Below, piece after piece: positions 26,230 to 39,744 of a stretch of DNA of 64,000 bases (its first letter is position 1; each line of letters begins with the position of its first letter). The DNA lies in contig OX597823.1 of assembly GCA_951406725.2 (NCBI GenBank), positions 44,516,001 to 44,580,000 on the forward strand, given 5' to 3'. This stretch comes from Octopus vulgaris. Lineage: Eukaryota. The notes below the pieces were generated by a model. That model did no database searches, was not told the DNA's origin, and worked only from the letters and a program-made list of their open reading frames with translations. The position numbers and the translations under genes were made by a program.

Positions 26230-28150
26230 AAGACAGAGAAGAACTGTTGTTCTGAGGAGAAAACATTTCGTAAACTAGTTCGTACGATACCTTGATGGAA
26301 ACACAACATTTCGATGTTAAGAAAAGAAGAGACAATGGAGTTGCCGGAGGTCTGAGTAGAGGTTTCACGAGATCAGCCAGTTCCGTGGAATAGAGACTAC
26401 TGTAGTAAGATTTGAAACGAAAATACAAAAATAGAAGACAATACGTCAACGGGTTAAAGATTGAATTGTACTGGTGAGAGCTTTAACATTATTCAGTCGG
26501 GTAGCCTTTATTTTATGCCTCTTGGATGTTTATGGGTAGTAACAATACGGTTCCATATGTGGGCGAAGCATTTTACTGTGGGTTTCACTTGTGCTTTGTG
26601 TAGATTTAGTATTTGTTGGTAGCTGAAGTAATTTCTAAGTTTGAAGAGGAAAACCGGTCTTTGTGTTGTAGTTTATGCTATATTGAGGATGCGAGACCTT
26701 CAGGAAAAATCATCAATGATGATGATGAAACCTAGCATTTTTTAATTGACTTTGAGGATAGTAGTTGTGTGTTGTTTATATTTAGGGAGTGACGGTACAA
26801 TATTATTTTCTCAAAATATTTCATGATAGGATCTTTGTGCAGCTTTGAAATACAATTCACATGGCTCCATTCGAAAGATGATTTCGATGTCTCTATTCAG
26901 GGTTTCAGTACTGGGTTTGTGGTGGGGGGTCTCGGCTGCATGTAGATTATGTTTGTCTGCTGAAGGCTTGGCAGCAGAGTGGAGGGTAGTACATAAGCAA
27001 ATATATTTCTTTACTATCCACAAGGGGCTAAACACAGAGGGGACAAACAAGGACAGACAAACGGATTAAGTCGATTACATCGACCCCAGTGCGTAGCTGG
27101 TACTTAATTCCCCGAAAGGATGAAAGGCAAAGTCGACCTCGGCGGAATTTGAATCCAGAACGTAAGGGCGGACGAAATACGGCTACGCATTTCGCCCGGC
27201 GTGCTAACGTTTCTGCCAGCTCGCCGCCTTTGTACATAAGCATATAAGTTTGCACAGTTGGAGGTGACAGCAAAGAAATCAGCGAAGTATAGACGGAAGA
27301 AGCTTGGGACATACTAAAGCTGATAGTATGAATGTCAAAGAGAGCACCATTAGCAAAGGCCACGATAGTGTCACCTGTCGGAAAACCTCTGATTTAAGCA
27401 ATGGGAAGGGGATGGGACCGGTGTGCAGCTTGTTTAACCGAGAGATTCATATTCCAGTCACGGTGGAATATTCCAGTCACGGTGGAAAGCTTTGTTATAT
27501 TAAGTTACTTTCATCAGTTTTTAAAGGGTGGGGCAAAATCCTGTTACACAAGACTGTCTCACTCCACCGTATCTGATGAGGGAGAGGATTGAAGTTGTTG
27601 AAGATGGCTGTTGTTGAGGGATGTTTCCATCACCTTTGGGATGTTTGAAGTGTGCGGCATTTCGTTGACAGCGGAGTAAGGTATGTTGCTATTCTTGGGA
27701 ATCAGATACACCATATTTGATAAGATCGGGAAAGAGAGAGAGACAGGTGGGGGGAGACAGAGAAAGAAAGAAAGAAAGGGAGAGGGACAGAAAGATAACA
27801 AAGAGTTTGACACTAATAGTGGTTAGCTCAGGGATGCATTGTTTGAGGTAATGGAAGGGATATCCACAGCTCTAGTCTGCCTGCTGGTTTGAGCGACCAG
27901 AAGTGATTTCGTCCTTGTTACATTTGAGTACGTGATAAGGTGTTTGTTGGAGTGGAAGGAAATAGCTTCGGAAACGCTCTAACTAAGATTTGCTATGTAG
28001 AATTGGATGTAAAACGGGCAGAAAAATGTGTAGGCAGTCTGTGCAAGAATATTGCTGCTTACAGAACCATCATGTTTAAGAAGTTAAAGGAAGGCGGATT
28101 TCCGATAATTGTTAGAGGTCTTTAACCAACTGTCCTAAATAATCGGCTGT
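26230..28150 (-). mobile_element. Jockey/I-like (APE-type) LINE RT relic, interrupted by a SINE
   Basis: VYLIPKN...TSNIPKVMETSLN; decayed GVPQGS segment; LHKAQVKP...AHIW; STELADLV. Confidence 0.7.
27004..27229 (-). mobile_element. Meta-like SINE family B, full length
   Basis: Reverse complement of unit 1 at 36648-36880. Confidence 0.92.
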
Positions 28151-28451
28151 AGTTTGGGAAGAACGAGAGCTTAAAGGCTGTGATGTACAAAGCATCCTTC
28201 ACGTTTCCGACGTAGATGTTGGGTTTATTCTAAAAAGCTAACGATAGACCGACTTATAACAAAATATTCAGTGGCATCTAGCGGTGCCTACGTAAGTTTG
28301 CAATGTAACCTTTTGAGTTGTTGGATGAATTTTACAATATTTGCGAAAGAATATGGCGTGAATTTCAGTATAACATAATATGAACCAACCCAAAATGAAA
28401 CATTAATTAAATAGAATAATAAAAATAGTTGTAACGGTAATGTTAACAGCA

Positions 28452-28545
28452 TCGCCACCACCACCACCGCCACCACCACCGCCACCACCACCGCCACCAC
28501 CACCGCCACCAACACCACCGCCACCACCACCACCACCACCACCGC

Positions 28546-28577
<32 letters not shown>

Positions 28578-28603
28578 CCGCCGCCACCACCACCACCACC
28601 ACC

Positions 28604-28653
<50 letters not shown>

Positions 28654-28670
28654 GTAGTGGTGGTGGTGGT
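28452..28670. repeat. (CCA/CCG)n-(CTA)n trinucleotide tract
   Basis: Seen directly; produces the poly-P/poly-L ORFs. Confidence 0.95.
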
Positions 28671-28674
28671 TGTA

Positions 28675-28890
28675 ATAATCCTTTCTACTGGAGGCACAGG
28701 GCCTCAGGTTTGTGGGGAGTGGACTAGTCGATTACATCGACCCCAGTGTTTCACTGGTATTTTAATTTATCGACCCCGAAAGGATGAAAGGCAAAGTCGA
28801 CTTCAGCGGAATGAGAATTCAGAACGTAGCGACAGGCGAAATACTGCTAAGCATTTCGTCCAGCGCGCTAACGATTTTGCCAGCTCGCCC
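28675..28890 (-). mobile_element. Meta-like SINE family B (alternative tail)
   Basis: Shared core; tail variant cctttctact...aggcacagggcct. Confidence 0.85.
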
Positions 28891-28921
28891 CACTTAGTTG
28901 TGTAATAATGAGTATAGGAGA

Positions 28922-28989
<68 letters not shown>

Positions 28990-29423
28990 AGAGAGAAACA
29001 AGGGTAAAAGCAGAGAAGAAAGAGAAGCATGAATTTTAACACTATTTTTTATTATTCTTGATGTTATTGTTGATTTATTGCACCAAGATTGCTCTTTAGA
29101 AAATGATACCATAAATGTTGAAATGAATAATTATGCACAAATTATCGCGAAATTCACAGAACCTTTTCCTAATTAACTAATAACAAACTGTCCTAAATAA
29201 TACAAAAACGACACCATCAACAAGAACAAAAGAAAACACAAAACAAAATAAAACGAAGAAGCATCTACGTGCTGCTTCGACATAGAAATAGCTGCTAAAT
29301 TCTATCTTAAACAAGTAAAGAATATATTGATGCAGACCTAGATATATTATGAATAAAAGATGAGTTGGTCCTGGCTGGAATGCCTCTGAATAAACAGTAA
29401 CAGTATATGAAACACACGTACAA

Positions 29424-29474
<51 letters not shown>

Positions 29475-29539
29475 CACACACACACGCGCGCACGCACACA
29501 GCGATTCTGCCATCACTACTTCGGAAAGTACAGTGAAGT

Positions 29540-29590
29540 ATATTCGTCGCTGATGAGGTCTGATTAGATCGAAACATGTCTGGAGTTGTG
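29540..29590 (+). ncRNA. Minimal type I hammerhead ribozyme motif
   Basis: CTGATGA(29550-29556) GGTCT-GATT-AGATC GAAA CATG TC; intact core, palindromic stem III, weak stem I. Confidence 0.7.
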
Positions 29591-30287
29591 TACCATCTTA
29601 CCGAAATAATTAAAATGGTAGTAATAATTAAACTAAGGTTGCCTTTTAATCACCATATAAATATTTTAATTTTAAATTAAATATCTCAAGTTCACGTCAT
29701 TAAATAGATTACCATTAGTCAGAACGGAAAGGCAGAGTCCATGATCTTTCTTAAGACCTCCGATGCTGGTGGGACGGGTGAAAGGACTAAGGTATCCTTT
29801 AATCGGGGATCAGGCCCTCGCAAAAGAGTGGAATCTTTTACATGCACCTAAGGGCCAGGTTGTGCTGTTATATCTATTGGTGATTAACTTTAAAATCCGA
29901 ATAGGTTATGATGGTATTTGAACTCAGAACGCAAAGAGGTGTAACAAACACCGCAAGGAATCCGGTCCGACGCTCTAACGAACCCACAAGTCCACCTCAT
30001 TTAAATCGTATCTTGTTTAACAACTCGGAGAAAGCAATGGTAGTGTTCAGTAGCATTTGAACTCAGAACACAAGAAGCTGGAATAAATTTCACCATTTCG
30101 TTCGGTACCTTAATGCTTCTACAAATTTGCCAGGTGAAATTTTAACTAAGTAAAATTACAAGATGATATTATTGCGCTCAAATTTGAATTATTTCTATTT
30201 CATTGGACCTTGTACTAAACGCATGAACGAAGAATATTCTCACTATTGTTAAGAATATTTATTCCTACAACAACAACAATAATAATA

Positions 30288-30918
30288 AATCATGTCAGTG
30301 GCTGCCCAGTCCTGGCTAAGAAGAAATATATTCACAGACACGACATAGTTGGAACCTATATACACTGGAAGCTATGCCAACACTATGGAATATCAACAGA
30401 AAAAAGATGGTATAGGCACATGCCAGAAAATGTCACAGAAAATGAGAAAGCAACCACACTCTGGGATGTGCCAATATACGTAGAAAGAAAAATTAATGGC
30501 CGATAGGCCGGATATAGACGTCAGAGATCACCAAGAAAAAAAAAAGAGCTTTCTAATCGATGTATCAATACCAACAGATGACAACGCTTCTACAAAAGAA
30601 ACGGAGAAACTTTCAAAATACAAAGATCTGGAAATAGTGGTAACTCGAATGTGGAGTCTAAAAACAGAAACAATTCCTATCATAGTAGGCGCATTAGGTA
30701 TGATAAAAAAGTATACAGACAAATACATAACAAAAACACCAGGACTAACAAGTATAATAAAACATACAGAAAATAGCACTACTAGGCACTGTACACATCC
30801 TAAACACTTTCAATACAGTAAAATAAGTGCATCACAACAAACCACATCACATACCCAAGGCACAAAGTACTGTGTTTAGTAGTGCAGTGAAAGCACGTGA
30901 TAAAAATAAGATTACTGA
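30288..30918 (+). mobile_element. R4/Dong-type LINE 3' fragment following (AAC/AAT)n
   Basis: SGCPVLAKKKYIHRHD, LWD, DRPDI...IDVSIP...EKLSKY, PIIVGALG. Confidence 0.92.
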
Positions 30919-30919
30919 A

Positions 30920-31478
30920 TCAATCTCGTCCACTATACAACCTCTTTCGCCATCGCTATTAGGCATTTAAACACAGCTTTTTCTTCCCGGATAAAGGAAG
31001 ACGGCAGGGCGATCTTCACGATGGATTCAGTTGACAGCCGGATCTGTCCCACACGCGACAGCAGGTGTTCGACATAGCCCCACAGGTCAGTAATGCTCGG
31101 GCACTGGACGAGTGCATGTAAGACCGTCTGGTCGTCCTGCGCGCATCTCAGTCATGCCCGGCTGTAAAGTTTATATCGAAAAGGTAAAGTTCCCCCGTAG
31201 CACTGCCAGGTCAGAGAATTTTTAGCAATTATCCATCGGTCCTGGGCTGAAAGTTTTCCGGAAAAGAGCGACTAGCTGATCTTAATCGACGCCCAAGGTC
31301 TCCCCAAGAACGTCGTCGCACTTTTCCGCCACTAAACCTTTATGAAAAGCTAAATTGAACTTTCCAATTATCGCAGTGTCCCATTGGTTGTGAGCTGTGT
31401 GGGCTTGAACACATTTCACTTTTTAAATGCTCTCCATCGATCTCTAGAAACTAGTTGCGGAAATACGTGTCTGGCGAA
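30920..31478 (-). mobile_element. Tx1/L1-type LINE C-terminal zinc-binding region relic
   Basis: LTWQCYGGTLP...RCAQDDQTVLHALVQCPSITDLW. Confidence 0.75.
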
Positions 31479-31481
31479 CAG

Positions 31482-31756
31482 GGACCCCCTTCGGTCATGA
31501 CTGACCGTGGAATTGCACCTAGAAAGTTACCCTCTCAGGCACAAGTCCGGGCAAGGTGTTATCCAAGGGAAAGGCAACAGTAGATACAGCTTGTTACCCG
31601 TGACGTCGCAACTCATTTCTACAGCTGAGTGAACTGGAGCAACGTGAAATAAAGTGTCTTGCTGAAGAACACAACACGCAGCCTGGTCCGGGATTCGAAC
31701 TCACAACCTCACGATCGTAAGCCCGACGCTCTAACGACTGAGCCATGCGCCTTCAC
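31482..31756 (-). mobile_element. tRNA-derived CORE-type SINE (third family)
   Basis: A box TGGCTCAGTCG, B box AGTTCGAATCC, CORE-like TTCTTCAGCAAGACACTTTA...GCTGTAGAAATG. Confidence 0.88.
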
Positions 31757-31831
<75 letters not shown>

Positions 31832-32238
31832 TATTATTATTATTATTATTAATATTATTATTATTATTATTATTATAAACATGGCAATGGTGACGAGCTG
31901 GTAGAACCGTTAACGCGTGGGAAAAATTGCTTAGCAGCGTTAAGTACCAGCTGAGCACCAAGGTCGATGGGTCGATATAATCGACTAGTCTCTCCTCTAA
32001 AATCTCAGACCTCGTGACTAGAATAGAAGTGAATATTATCATACATCTGAACTCATGCTTAGGTTTCCACATTACATGGAGTTCTTCAATAGAGAAAAAA
32101 AACTATATTTAGGAACTGAGTTGTGTTTATAACACTATGGTTATTGGAAAATGGAGTCGAAACGAAGCAAAACGAATTATATATATACATACATACATAC
32201 ATACATACATACATAGATACATATATATATACATATAT

Positions 32239-32320
<82 letters not shown>

Positions 32321-32391
32321 TTTTTTATTAAATTCATCTTGTTGTTAAACATAAATAAATTTGGAATTAAATGGTTTGGATAATTTTTTAA

Positions 32392-32512
32392 TAACGGCTT
32401 CGTCTCATTCATAGAGGCTCCTCGGATATTGGTTTTACAGAAATTTTCTTTGTCTTTTCTCACAAAGAAATTTTCTGTAAACACATATCTTAAGAATCGC
32501 CGCGAATGAGAT
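32392..32512. mobile_element. Small fold-back with decayed hammerhead motifs
   Basis: Central palindrome tttacagaaattttctttgt/acaaagaaattttctgtaaa; minus CCGAGGA-GCCTC...GAGAC-GAAGCCGTT. Confidence 0.5.
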
Positions 32513-33391
32513 TCCTGAGATATGCTAATAAATATCATTCAGAATTCTGACTACCTTCTTTTTCTTAATTTATGAAATGTATACATCACTTCAACAATCT
32601 CTCTCTATATATACATTTATGATGGCTGTTCACATGCGACGAAAGAAGACCATCGTTGGACCATAACACTGGTCATTAAGAAAATTGTCCACTCAAGGAG
32701 TAATGACCATGCAAAATGTCAGCATTGTCTGTGCAAGACTCTAGGTCCAATAAGGTTTTCACGGCGCCTCATAGACTCCCTTCGTCCTATTGTTATGATC
32801 TAGAAAGAAGCCAATGCAAGATATCTATAGCCAATATGGGATGTAGTCTGAGGAATGTGGGAGCGCGAACAAAAGATCCCCAAAATGCCTAATGCCATTC
32901 CCTGCATATCTGGTTTTATATCAGCGTGGCCTTCTCCTGGAGACATGCTTTAACAAAAGCTGAAGGGTGCCCCACTTCCAGTGGTCTTCCAGTATGCCGA
33001 ACATCAACCCGAAATTTCTGAGGGCCCCTGCTATTGCTAGATAGTTGTTGAACCTACACTGAATTCATGTATTTTTTGACAGAGCTTGTTTTTGGTTCAG
33101 CTGAGTTTCGAGTAACTCTCTTCAGCAGGCTAGCCTGGTGGAGATGCCGGTTTAGTCGCCTATGACCAGACTATGCAACAGGTTCTATTGGATCCCATGT
33201 TACCAGTAGCATTCATTAAACACCTCAAAAGTTATCTTACCTACATGCAATACATACATACATGCATACATGTGCACGCGCACACACACACAGAGTCATA
33301 TATATATATATATTTGTAATAGAATTAAAACCAGATCAGAGATTTGCTTATCTAAGTTTTATTTTACAGTGAATCATATGTTTCTTCATCA

Positions 33392-33479
33392 AGACCTACG
33401 CACGTTTCCGTTGCAAGCCGGTGCACACTGTTAAAATCGCATCTTGGTGTTTATTATCGGTGTAACTTCATCAGGGTCT
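33392..33479 (-). ncRNA. Type I hammerhead ribozyme motif with long stem II
   Basis: AGACC CTGATGA [AGTTACA...TGCAACG] GAAA CGTGCG TA GGTCT; perfect 5-bp stem I and GUA cleavage triplet. Confidence 0.78.
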
Positions 33480-33804
33480 ACTTTAACTGTTTGCCGGATA
33501 TACTCTGGGGGGAGTATAAGCTTGACTAGAATTATTTTCTAATGTGGTATTAGCGTTACTAAAAATAGTCATATATTTCGTGAACTTTAAGTCTCTCAAA
33601 GGGTCTCTCTTGGACGAAGTACCACAGTTCATAGCGTTTAACAACGTACATACATTATATCATTCTGATAATGTTTCCGTTATTTTAGTTGCTTCCAACA
33701 AAAATTCTAAGTTTAGTATTTTTGTCATTTCACTTCTCAGAGCACACGATTTCAATTGCTTCGATTTATGCTGTAAGAATGAACAAAAACTTGTCAAGAA
33801 ACTC

Positions 33805-34290
33805 ACAGTCTCTTTTCACGATACTTAACACCCAAGTACCAATCTCAAAATCCTAACTGTCTCCAATAAAGCAGTTTTCTGAGCATATTCTGCCCTCATG
33901 TCAATCCCAATTTCTCCAACAAATTTCTCAAATCAGGTCGTTAATGTTCTCAGTGCCCTTACAACTACTAGGGTGATAGTTACTTTCTTCATTGCCCACA
34001 TTCGTGCAATCTCATCTTTTAGTGGTTTGTACTTCTCAATCTTTTCCAGTTCTTTATCATCTACTCGTACATCCCCTGATATGGCAATATCTATGATCTT
34101 GGTTTCCTTCATCATTTTATTAACTACAACAATGTCTGGTTACCGAGCATCAATCACTGCATCACACTGTATCGTAATATCCCACAAAATTTTATTCTCA
34201 TTTCTTTCGGCGACACCTTCTGGCGTATGCTCGTACCATTTCAATGTCCTTGTAAGGCTGTACTTTTTACACTCTAGCAAATTCATTGCA
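33805..34290 (-). mobile_element. R4/Dong-type LINE 3' fragment
   Basis: WYEHTPEGV, ILWD, PDIVV...IIDIAISGD...EKIEKY, LRKTALL. Confidence 0.88.
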
Positions 34291-34499
34291 TGGTAGTCCA
34301 TTATCAGCTTAAACTAAATAGTTATATTATCTCTGTCGACATCTTAAGCTTCGGGACGCGGAAACACAAGGATTAAGTCAATGAAAATAATTCAGAAATA
34401 TCTGCACTTCTCCAAAAATTGTTCAATCCTAATTTATCTGGGAATAAATGTTTGAAACCATAAATTTACTTTGCAGAAAAAAAAAACAGAAATTAAAAA

Positions 34500-34850
34500 C
34501 ACGTAATGGTTGATTCTATCCCCAAATATTCAGCTGGCAAAAAGGATTCCCATACAATGTACAATTTGTTAAACCATATTTGTCATCGCCAATTAACTGC
34601 TGCTCATCTCTGTTCCAAAGATAGATTCATTTTAATCAATGATACTGAAGGGATTTTGAAGAGATGGACTGAGTATTTCACAAATCATTTTTACAATTCA
34701 CTACCAAAAGATGAGAACGTTATAGAAAACCTACCGTAGCACCATGATATTTAAGAAATGGATAATCTTAATATAGAGGGATTCAACATTGCCATAAAAT
34801 AGATCAACTCAGGGAAGATCACAGAAACTGATGATGTACTAGTGAATCTC
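34500..34850 (+). mobile_element. RTE-type LINE internal relic
   Basis: ILINDTEGILKRWTEYF...VIENLP. Confidence 0.6.
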
Positions 34851-34859
34851 CTGTTGAAA

Positions 34860-35600
34860 CTGCTCGTCTATGTGCTCCTTCCATCTCTCATCGCTTGGTC
34901 AGGGATTTTCCTGTCAGATGGCGCAATCGCGGCCTCTACAGATGGAGTTCTCTCTGATGCTCTATCAGGTCTAGTGTGCTCTAAGATTTTGTCCCTCACA
35001 CTTTTTCTTTTATACATCAACCACATATGTGTCGTTGATGCCTTAGAAGTAAAATTCTCCCTTCTATGTACAAGAAGCACCTTTCTATAACTTCTCTAAT
35101 CTTCCGAATCCAAGCGTCTTTCACATGCATCCTAAATATCTCTCATTAAATTTTACTCTGCCTAGCGATATCGAAAACATCCGCTATTGATTTTATGCCA
35201 ATCTTGTCTCTTTCGAAGGAAAAATAAATATAAAACATGTATTCACCGCATACTTCAAGATAACGCTTTGGAATGCAACTCGAGTCCTCTGGGCAGCTTC
35301 ATATGGTAGGTGTCACTACTATCGAGGAGCATTTCTTAGCGTAGAAAAGATTTATCACAAAAACTGGCCTTTTTCATGCCCAGAAAATATGTCAGCACCT
35401 TCTCTTTCACTCCAATAAGTAGTAACACTTTGAGGATCCACAGAGGAGTACTTGTACCACTTCTGAGACTGTGCTGCTACTATACTCAGACATTCTACAC
35501 AGATTCAGAGAAAAATCAACGAACTGGTACGAAATAACTTACAAACTCGCCCCAAACTCTAATTCATAGACGTGCCTGTCCACTCCCTGTGCCATCTCTT
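34860..35600 (+). mobile_element. Jockey/I-like LINE RT relic
   Basis: WSGIFLSDGAIAASTDG...ILSLTLFLLYIN. Confidence 0.6.
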
Positions 35601-36161
35601 TTTAACAGTCGTTAACTTGAAATAGTTTAAGCAGTGTTAACGTCATCAATCTCACTGATTACCGAGGGCCTGCAAAGGTTACAGGCACAACATCCTCCTC
35701 CAAACTGAACTAATAAAACAAAATACAGATATACAATATGGGTATACATACACATGTGTGTGCGTTTCTACATTTCCTCTAATTTCCTCGCCTACGCAGA
35801 TATGTATTTACTCTCTTCTATACATCAGCAGTGACATCAAAACTTTGAGTTTGTCGTCATATAACATACCTTCACTTGCATAAAACGTGCCATTAACATC
35901 TTCCCATTTATTATCATTATTATTTTCATACGCAAACAACAGATTAGACAGTTGGAATATATCTAGGATTTATTGTTATTATTATTATTATTGGTGTTGT
36001 TGTTGCTTCTGTTGTCATTTCTTTCACTACATCGCAAATATTCTCTTCCTTCAAGATGCTATCTGAAACGAGAAATACTTCCCTCTACATTTCCGCCTAT
36101 CAATTTTAAAAAACTTTTTCTATTTACTTTTCAGCTTGTCTTAGTTTTCCAGTGTGTGTGC

Positions 36162-36193
<32 letters not shown>

Positions 36194-36197
36194 TTGT

Positions 36198-36254
<57 letters not shown>

Positions 36255-36645
36255 AGCCTGTATATCTCTTTGTCTGAAAGTATGACAGTCTGTTTTTTTT
36301 CTGTAGCACTCCTGGAGAATTGATAAGTATCTATATAACGACTTGGTAGAGGGGTTTGTCATTAAACAGTCATTAATGAGTTCCAGAGACGCACGCAAAA
36401 TGCGTGTGACGTAAATAGGGTGTTGCGTTTTCGCGCCCATGATTGTAGGTAATATAGCATAACAGATAAACAATAGATAATTAAATAAATAGAACGAAAC
36501 AAAGAAACAATCAAAATCTGCATCCATATGTTTGTAAATAATTAATTTAGGGACTCCATCACACGAAAAAAAGAAATGCTAAGTTTGGAACAATGTATTT
36601 AATGTATGAGTAATAGAAAGCTAATTAGAAATAAATATACAATAA

Positions 36646-37245
36646 AAAGGCGGCGAGCTGGCAGAAACGTTAGCACGCCGGGCGAAATGCGTAGCCGTAT
36701 TTCGTCTGCCGTTACGTTCTGAGTTCAAATTCCGCCGAGATCGACTTTGCCTTTCATCCTTTCGGGGTCGATAAATTAAGTACCAGTTACGCACTGGAGT
36801 CGATGTAATCGACTTAATCCGTTTGTCTGTCTTTGTTTGTCCCCTCTGTGTTTAGCCCCTTGTGGGTAGTAAAGAAATAGGTACTTCGTCTGCGTTACGT
36901 TCTGAGTTCAAATTCCGCCGAGGTCGACTTTGCCTTTCATCCTTTCGGGGTCGATAAATTAAGTACCAGTTACGCACTGGGGTCGATGTAATCGACTTAA
37001 TCCGTTTGTCTGTCCTTGTTTGTCCCCTCTGTGTTTAGCCCCCTGTGGGTAGTAAAGAAATAGGTACTTCGTCTGCGTTACGTTCTGAGTTCAAATTCCG
37101 CCGAGGTCGACTTTGCCTTTCATCCTTTCGGGGTCGATAGATTAAATACCAGTTACGCACTGGAGTCAATATAACCGACTTAATCCCCTTGTCTGTCCTT
37201 GTTTGTCCCCTCTATGTTTAGCCCCTGGTGGGCAATAAAGAAATA
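36646..37245 (+). mobile_element. Meta-like SINE family B trimer (one head, three core+tail units)
   Basis: Period about 180 bp; GCCTTTCATCCTTTCGGGGTCGATAAATTAAGTACCAG core; 19-bp TSD with one mismatch (36627-36645 and 37246-37264). Confidence 0.92.
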
Positions 37246-37270
37246 AGAAATAAATATACAGTAAGGAGAA

Positions 37271-37337
37271 AAAAAATTATTAATCGATATTAATTAAATA
37301 AATCGATATTAATTTAATAAATCGATATTAATTTATT
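37271..37337. repeat. 20-bp tandem repeat x3 (aaatcgatattaattwaat)
   Basis: Seen directly. Confidence 0.8.
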
Positions 37338-39744
37338 TTCGCAGGAAGTCGAGTAGACAATTCTGCACATGAATTTGTTTTATTCAGACCTTATCAGGGA
37401 AATATAGACTTTTCCATAAATGCTGTATAGTGATGAATAAATTAATAAGTAAGTACACAAGACTATTTTACATGTATATAATTCAGTGACCAAGTAACAA
37501 GAGTTCACTATTTTTTATTCCTTCCTGATCATTATATCATCCATGCATCACTGGACAAGACAAAACAATCTTTTAGAACGGACAAAGATACATATTACAA
37601 ACTATTATACAATAACATCAGAAATATATTACAAAAGTCTGACACTAATATATATAATCGCATTAATTGCGTTAAAGCCAAATATATTGCTATGATCCTT
37701 AATGAAGGTATACGCTCTAATTTGTGTCTTTTCGTCGATAAACATCTATATAGAATAGTTTTCTTTGTGTTTGAGCTCAAAGCTGCTCCGGTATACTGTG
37801 TGTAACTTTTCTCTGTTCTTGTCCGTTGAAATGTTTCTCCGTTTCTTCTAAATGTTTATGCATTTTGTACAGAAATATAATACTGGTCTTGGCAAATGAG
37901 ATATGTTTTGCTGTGTCTTTCCTGCTGCTGGTGTTTCTATCATCGTTGTCCCTGCCTTATTGCTTCGTGTTGCGGTGGCTGTGGCGATTTTGTTTGTACT
38001 GTTAAAATTTGATGTTAAAATGGAGGCAGCGTTGGCAAAGCACGCTTCCTGGTTGATAGTAATTGCGAGTTTTGTTTAATGTCATTTTTCCTGGTAATGC
38101 CGCTATTGTTGTTGTTGTTGATATAGTCGTTGCTACTAGTGCTGCTGTAGTGATAGTTATTGTTGTTATTATTGCTGTTACTGTTGTTGTTGTTGTTGTT
38201 GCTATTGATACTGTTACTACTATTTTAAATTACTACTTCTTCAATTGTATCGTGTGGTAAGAAATGACTGCGAAAGGCAGTTTCATTTTCAAACTCTCCT
38301 CTCAGTTACCTCTCTTACTGACCGCTCGGCAATGGCAAAGCCACTTTGAACATTTTCCTTCTACACCCTGGAAATGTTCCTTTTAAAATTTTGCTCTGTC
38401 GAGTAAATAAAAAAGCGATTGATCAGTCCTGACATGTATTGTTGACCTGCACAGGATTTGAACTGTGAATGTAAAGAGTCGGAATAAAGACTTTCGATTA
38501 TATTAACAAACTGTTCTCGAATAATACTTTATTTTGCAAAACCTTAAAGAATGTAAAGCAAAATCGACATTTGTAGGATTTGAACTCAGAAACCATATTA
38601 TTGCCTTGTTCTGCCAAGTCAGTCACTCGACTAACCTTTTAAATAATAGTTCTCATTTAAGCACCTGGCCATCAATTTGAAATAATGTTGTTTCCCTCAT
38701 ATAGTAATTTATGACTTGAACATTGAGTAAAACATAATCTCTCGTTGAGCTTAAACAGTCATCTGGCTTCGATTTCATGGTTGAAATTAAATAATTTCAT
38801 TCACCTAATGGTGTTTGAAAAATGTTTGTACGTAGCAACCCATTCTATTGTTCTAACACTCATAAATCTGTCACTGCATAGGAAATTATATTTGTTGTCT
38901 TTTATTTCGTTGTTATTTTTTGTATATCTTACTACTTATCTATATTTGTTTATCTATTCATTTGTTGATGTATTAATTCAGTGTACACGAGTATTAAATG
39001 ATAATGTCGACACTATTATGAATGCCATTATATTACTAATAAGAGGTGCTCACTAACAAGCACTTAGCACAGACACACAAATAACGTCTATTATTTTGAG
39101 AGATTGAAAGTGTCAGCCATTCGAATTAAAGGGTAGACGGACGTATTTTCTTTCATATAATTTCTTTAAATGAATGGTAATTATCACTACATTCATCATT
39201 ATTCACAAAATGCAAAATGTAAGACTTGACTTACAATATTAAGTTCCGAACTCCAAGCTTCTGAGTTCAAATATTACAGGGATCAATTTTGTCTTTCATT
39301 CCACGGACACGATTAACCTTTGTACCAGTAATAAATTGATGCCAGTTATACTTGAAACAAAAACTACGTACAGTAGTGCAAGCTAACGAAAGAAGCTCAG
39401 CACGGTTGCTCAACCGGCAAAAACATAGTTGCTAATTTTTCTTTAAATCATACCTAGCGTCTTAAAAACATAGAAAAGCTGATATGCTCTAAAATAATCT
39501 GGTAATGCTAGGTGTTCAACAAAATGAACACCAAATCCACATTTCTACACTGAGTGACTCAACTGTAACCATGTGTTATCGTCTACAGCAATGATTCTCC
39601 ATATAAAATTTTGTTGCTAAAGTTTAAATGCAACAAATTACTTATGCTCCTAAAATACAAAAATGAAAAAAAAAAATTAAGTATTTTCTTTTACGCAGTT
39701 CCTAATATTTATAATAGAAGTACAACGGGAATTAAAAAAAAAAC

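Noticed and set aside
28440-28727. Poly-proline ORF (formin/extensin-like)
   Set aside because: Pure CCA/CCG repeat running into a SINE, with no splice or domain context.
32640-33205. GC-richer segment resembling an RTE-associated UTR or SINE
   Set aside because: No second copy or protein motif in the window to support a specific call.
36646-37245. Regular repeats that could be mistaken for a CRISPR array or satellite
   Set aside because: The units are ~180-bp SINE bodies with no unique spacers, in a eukaryotic context.
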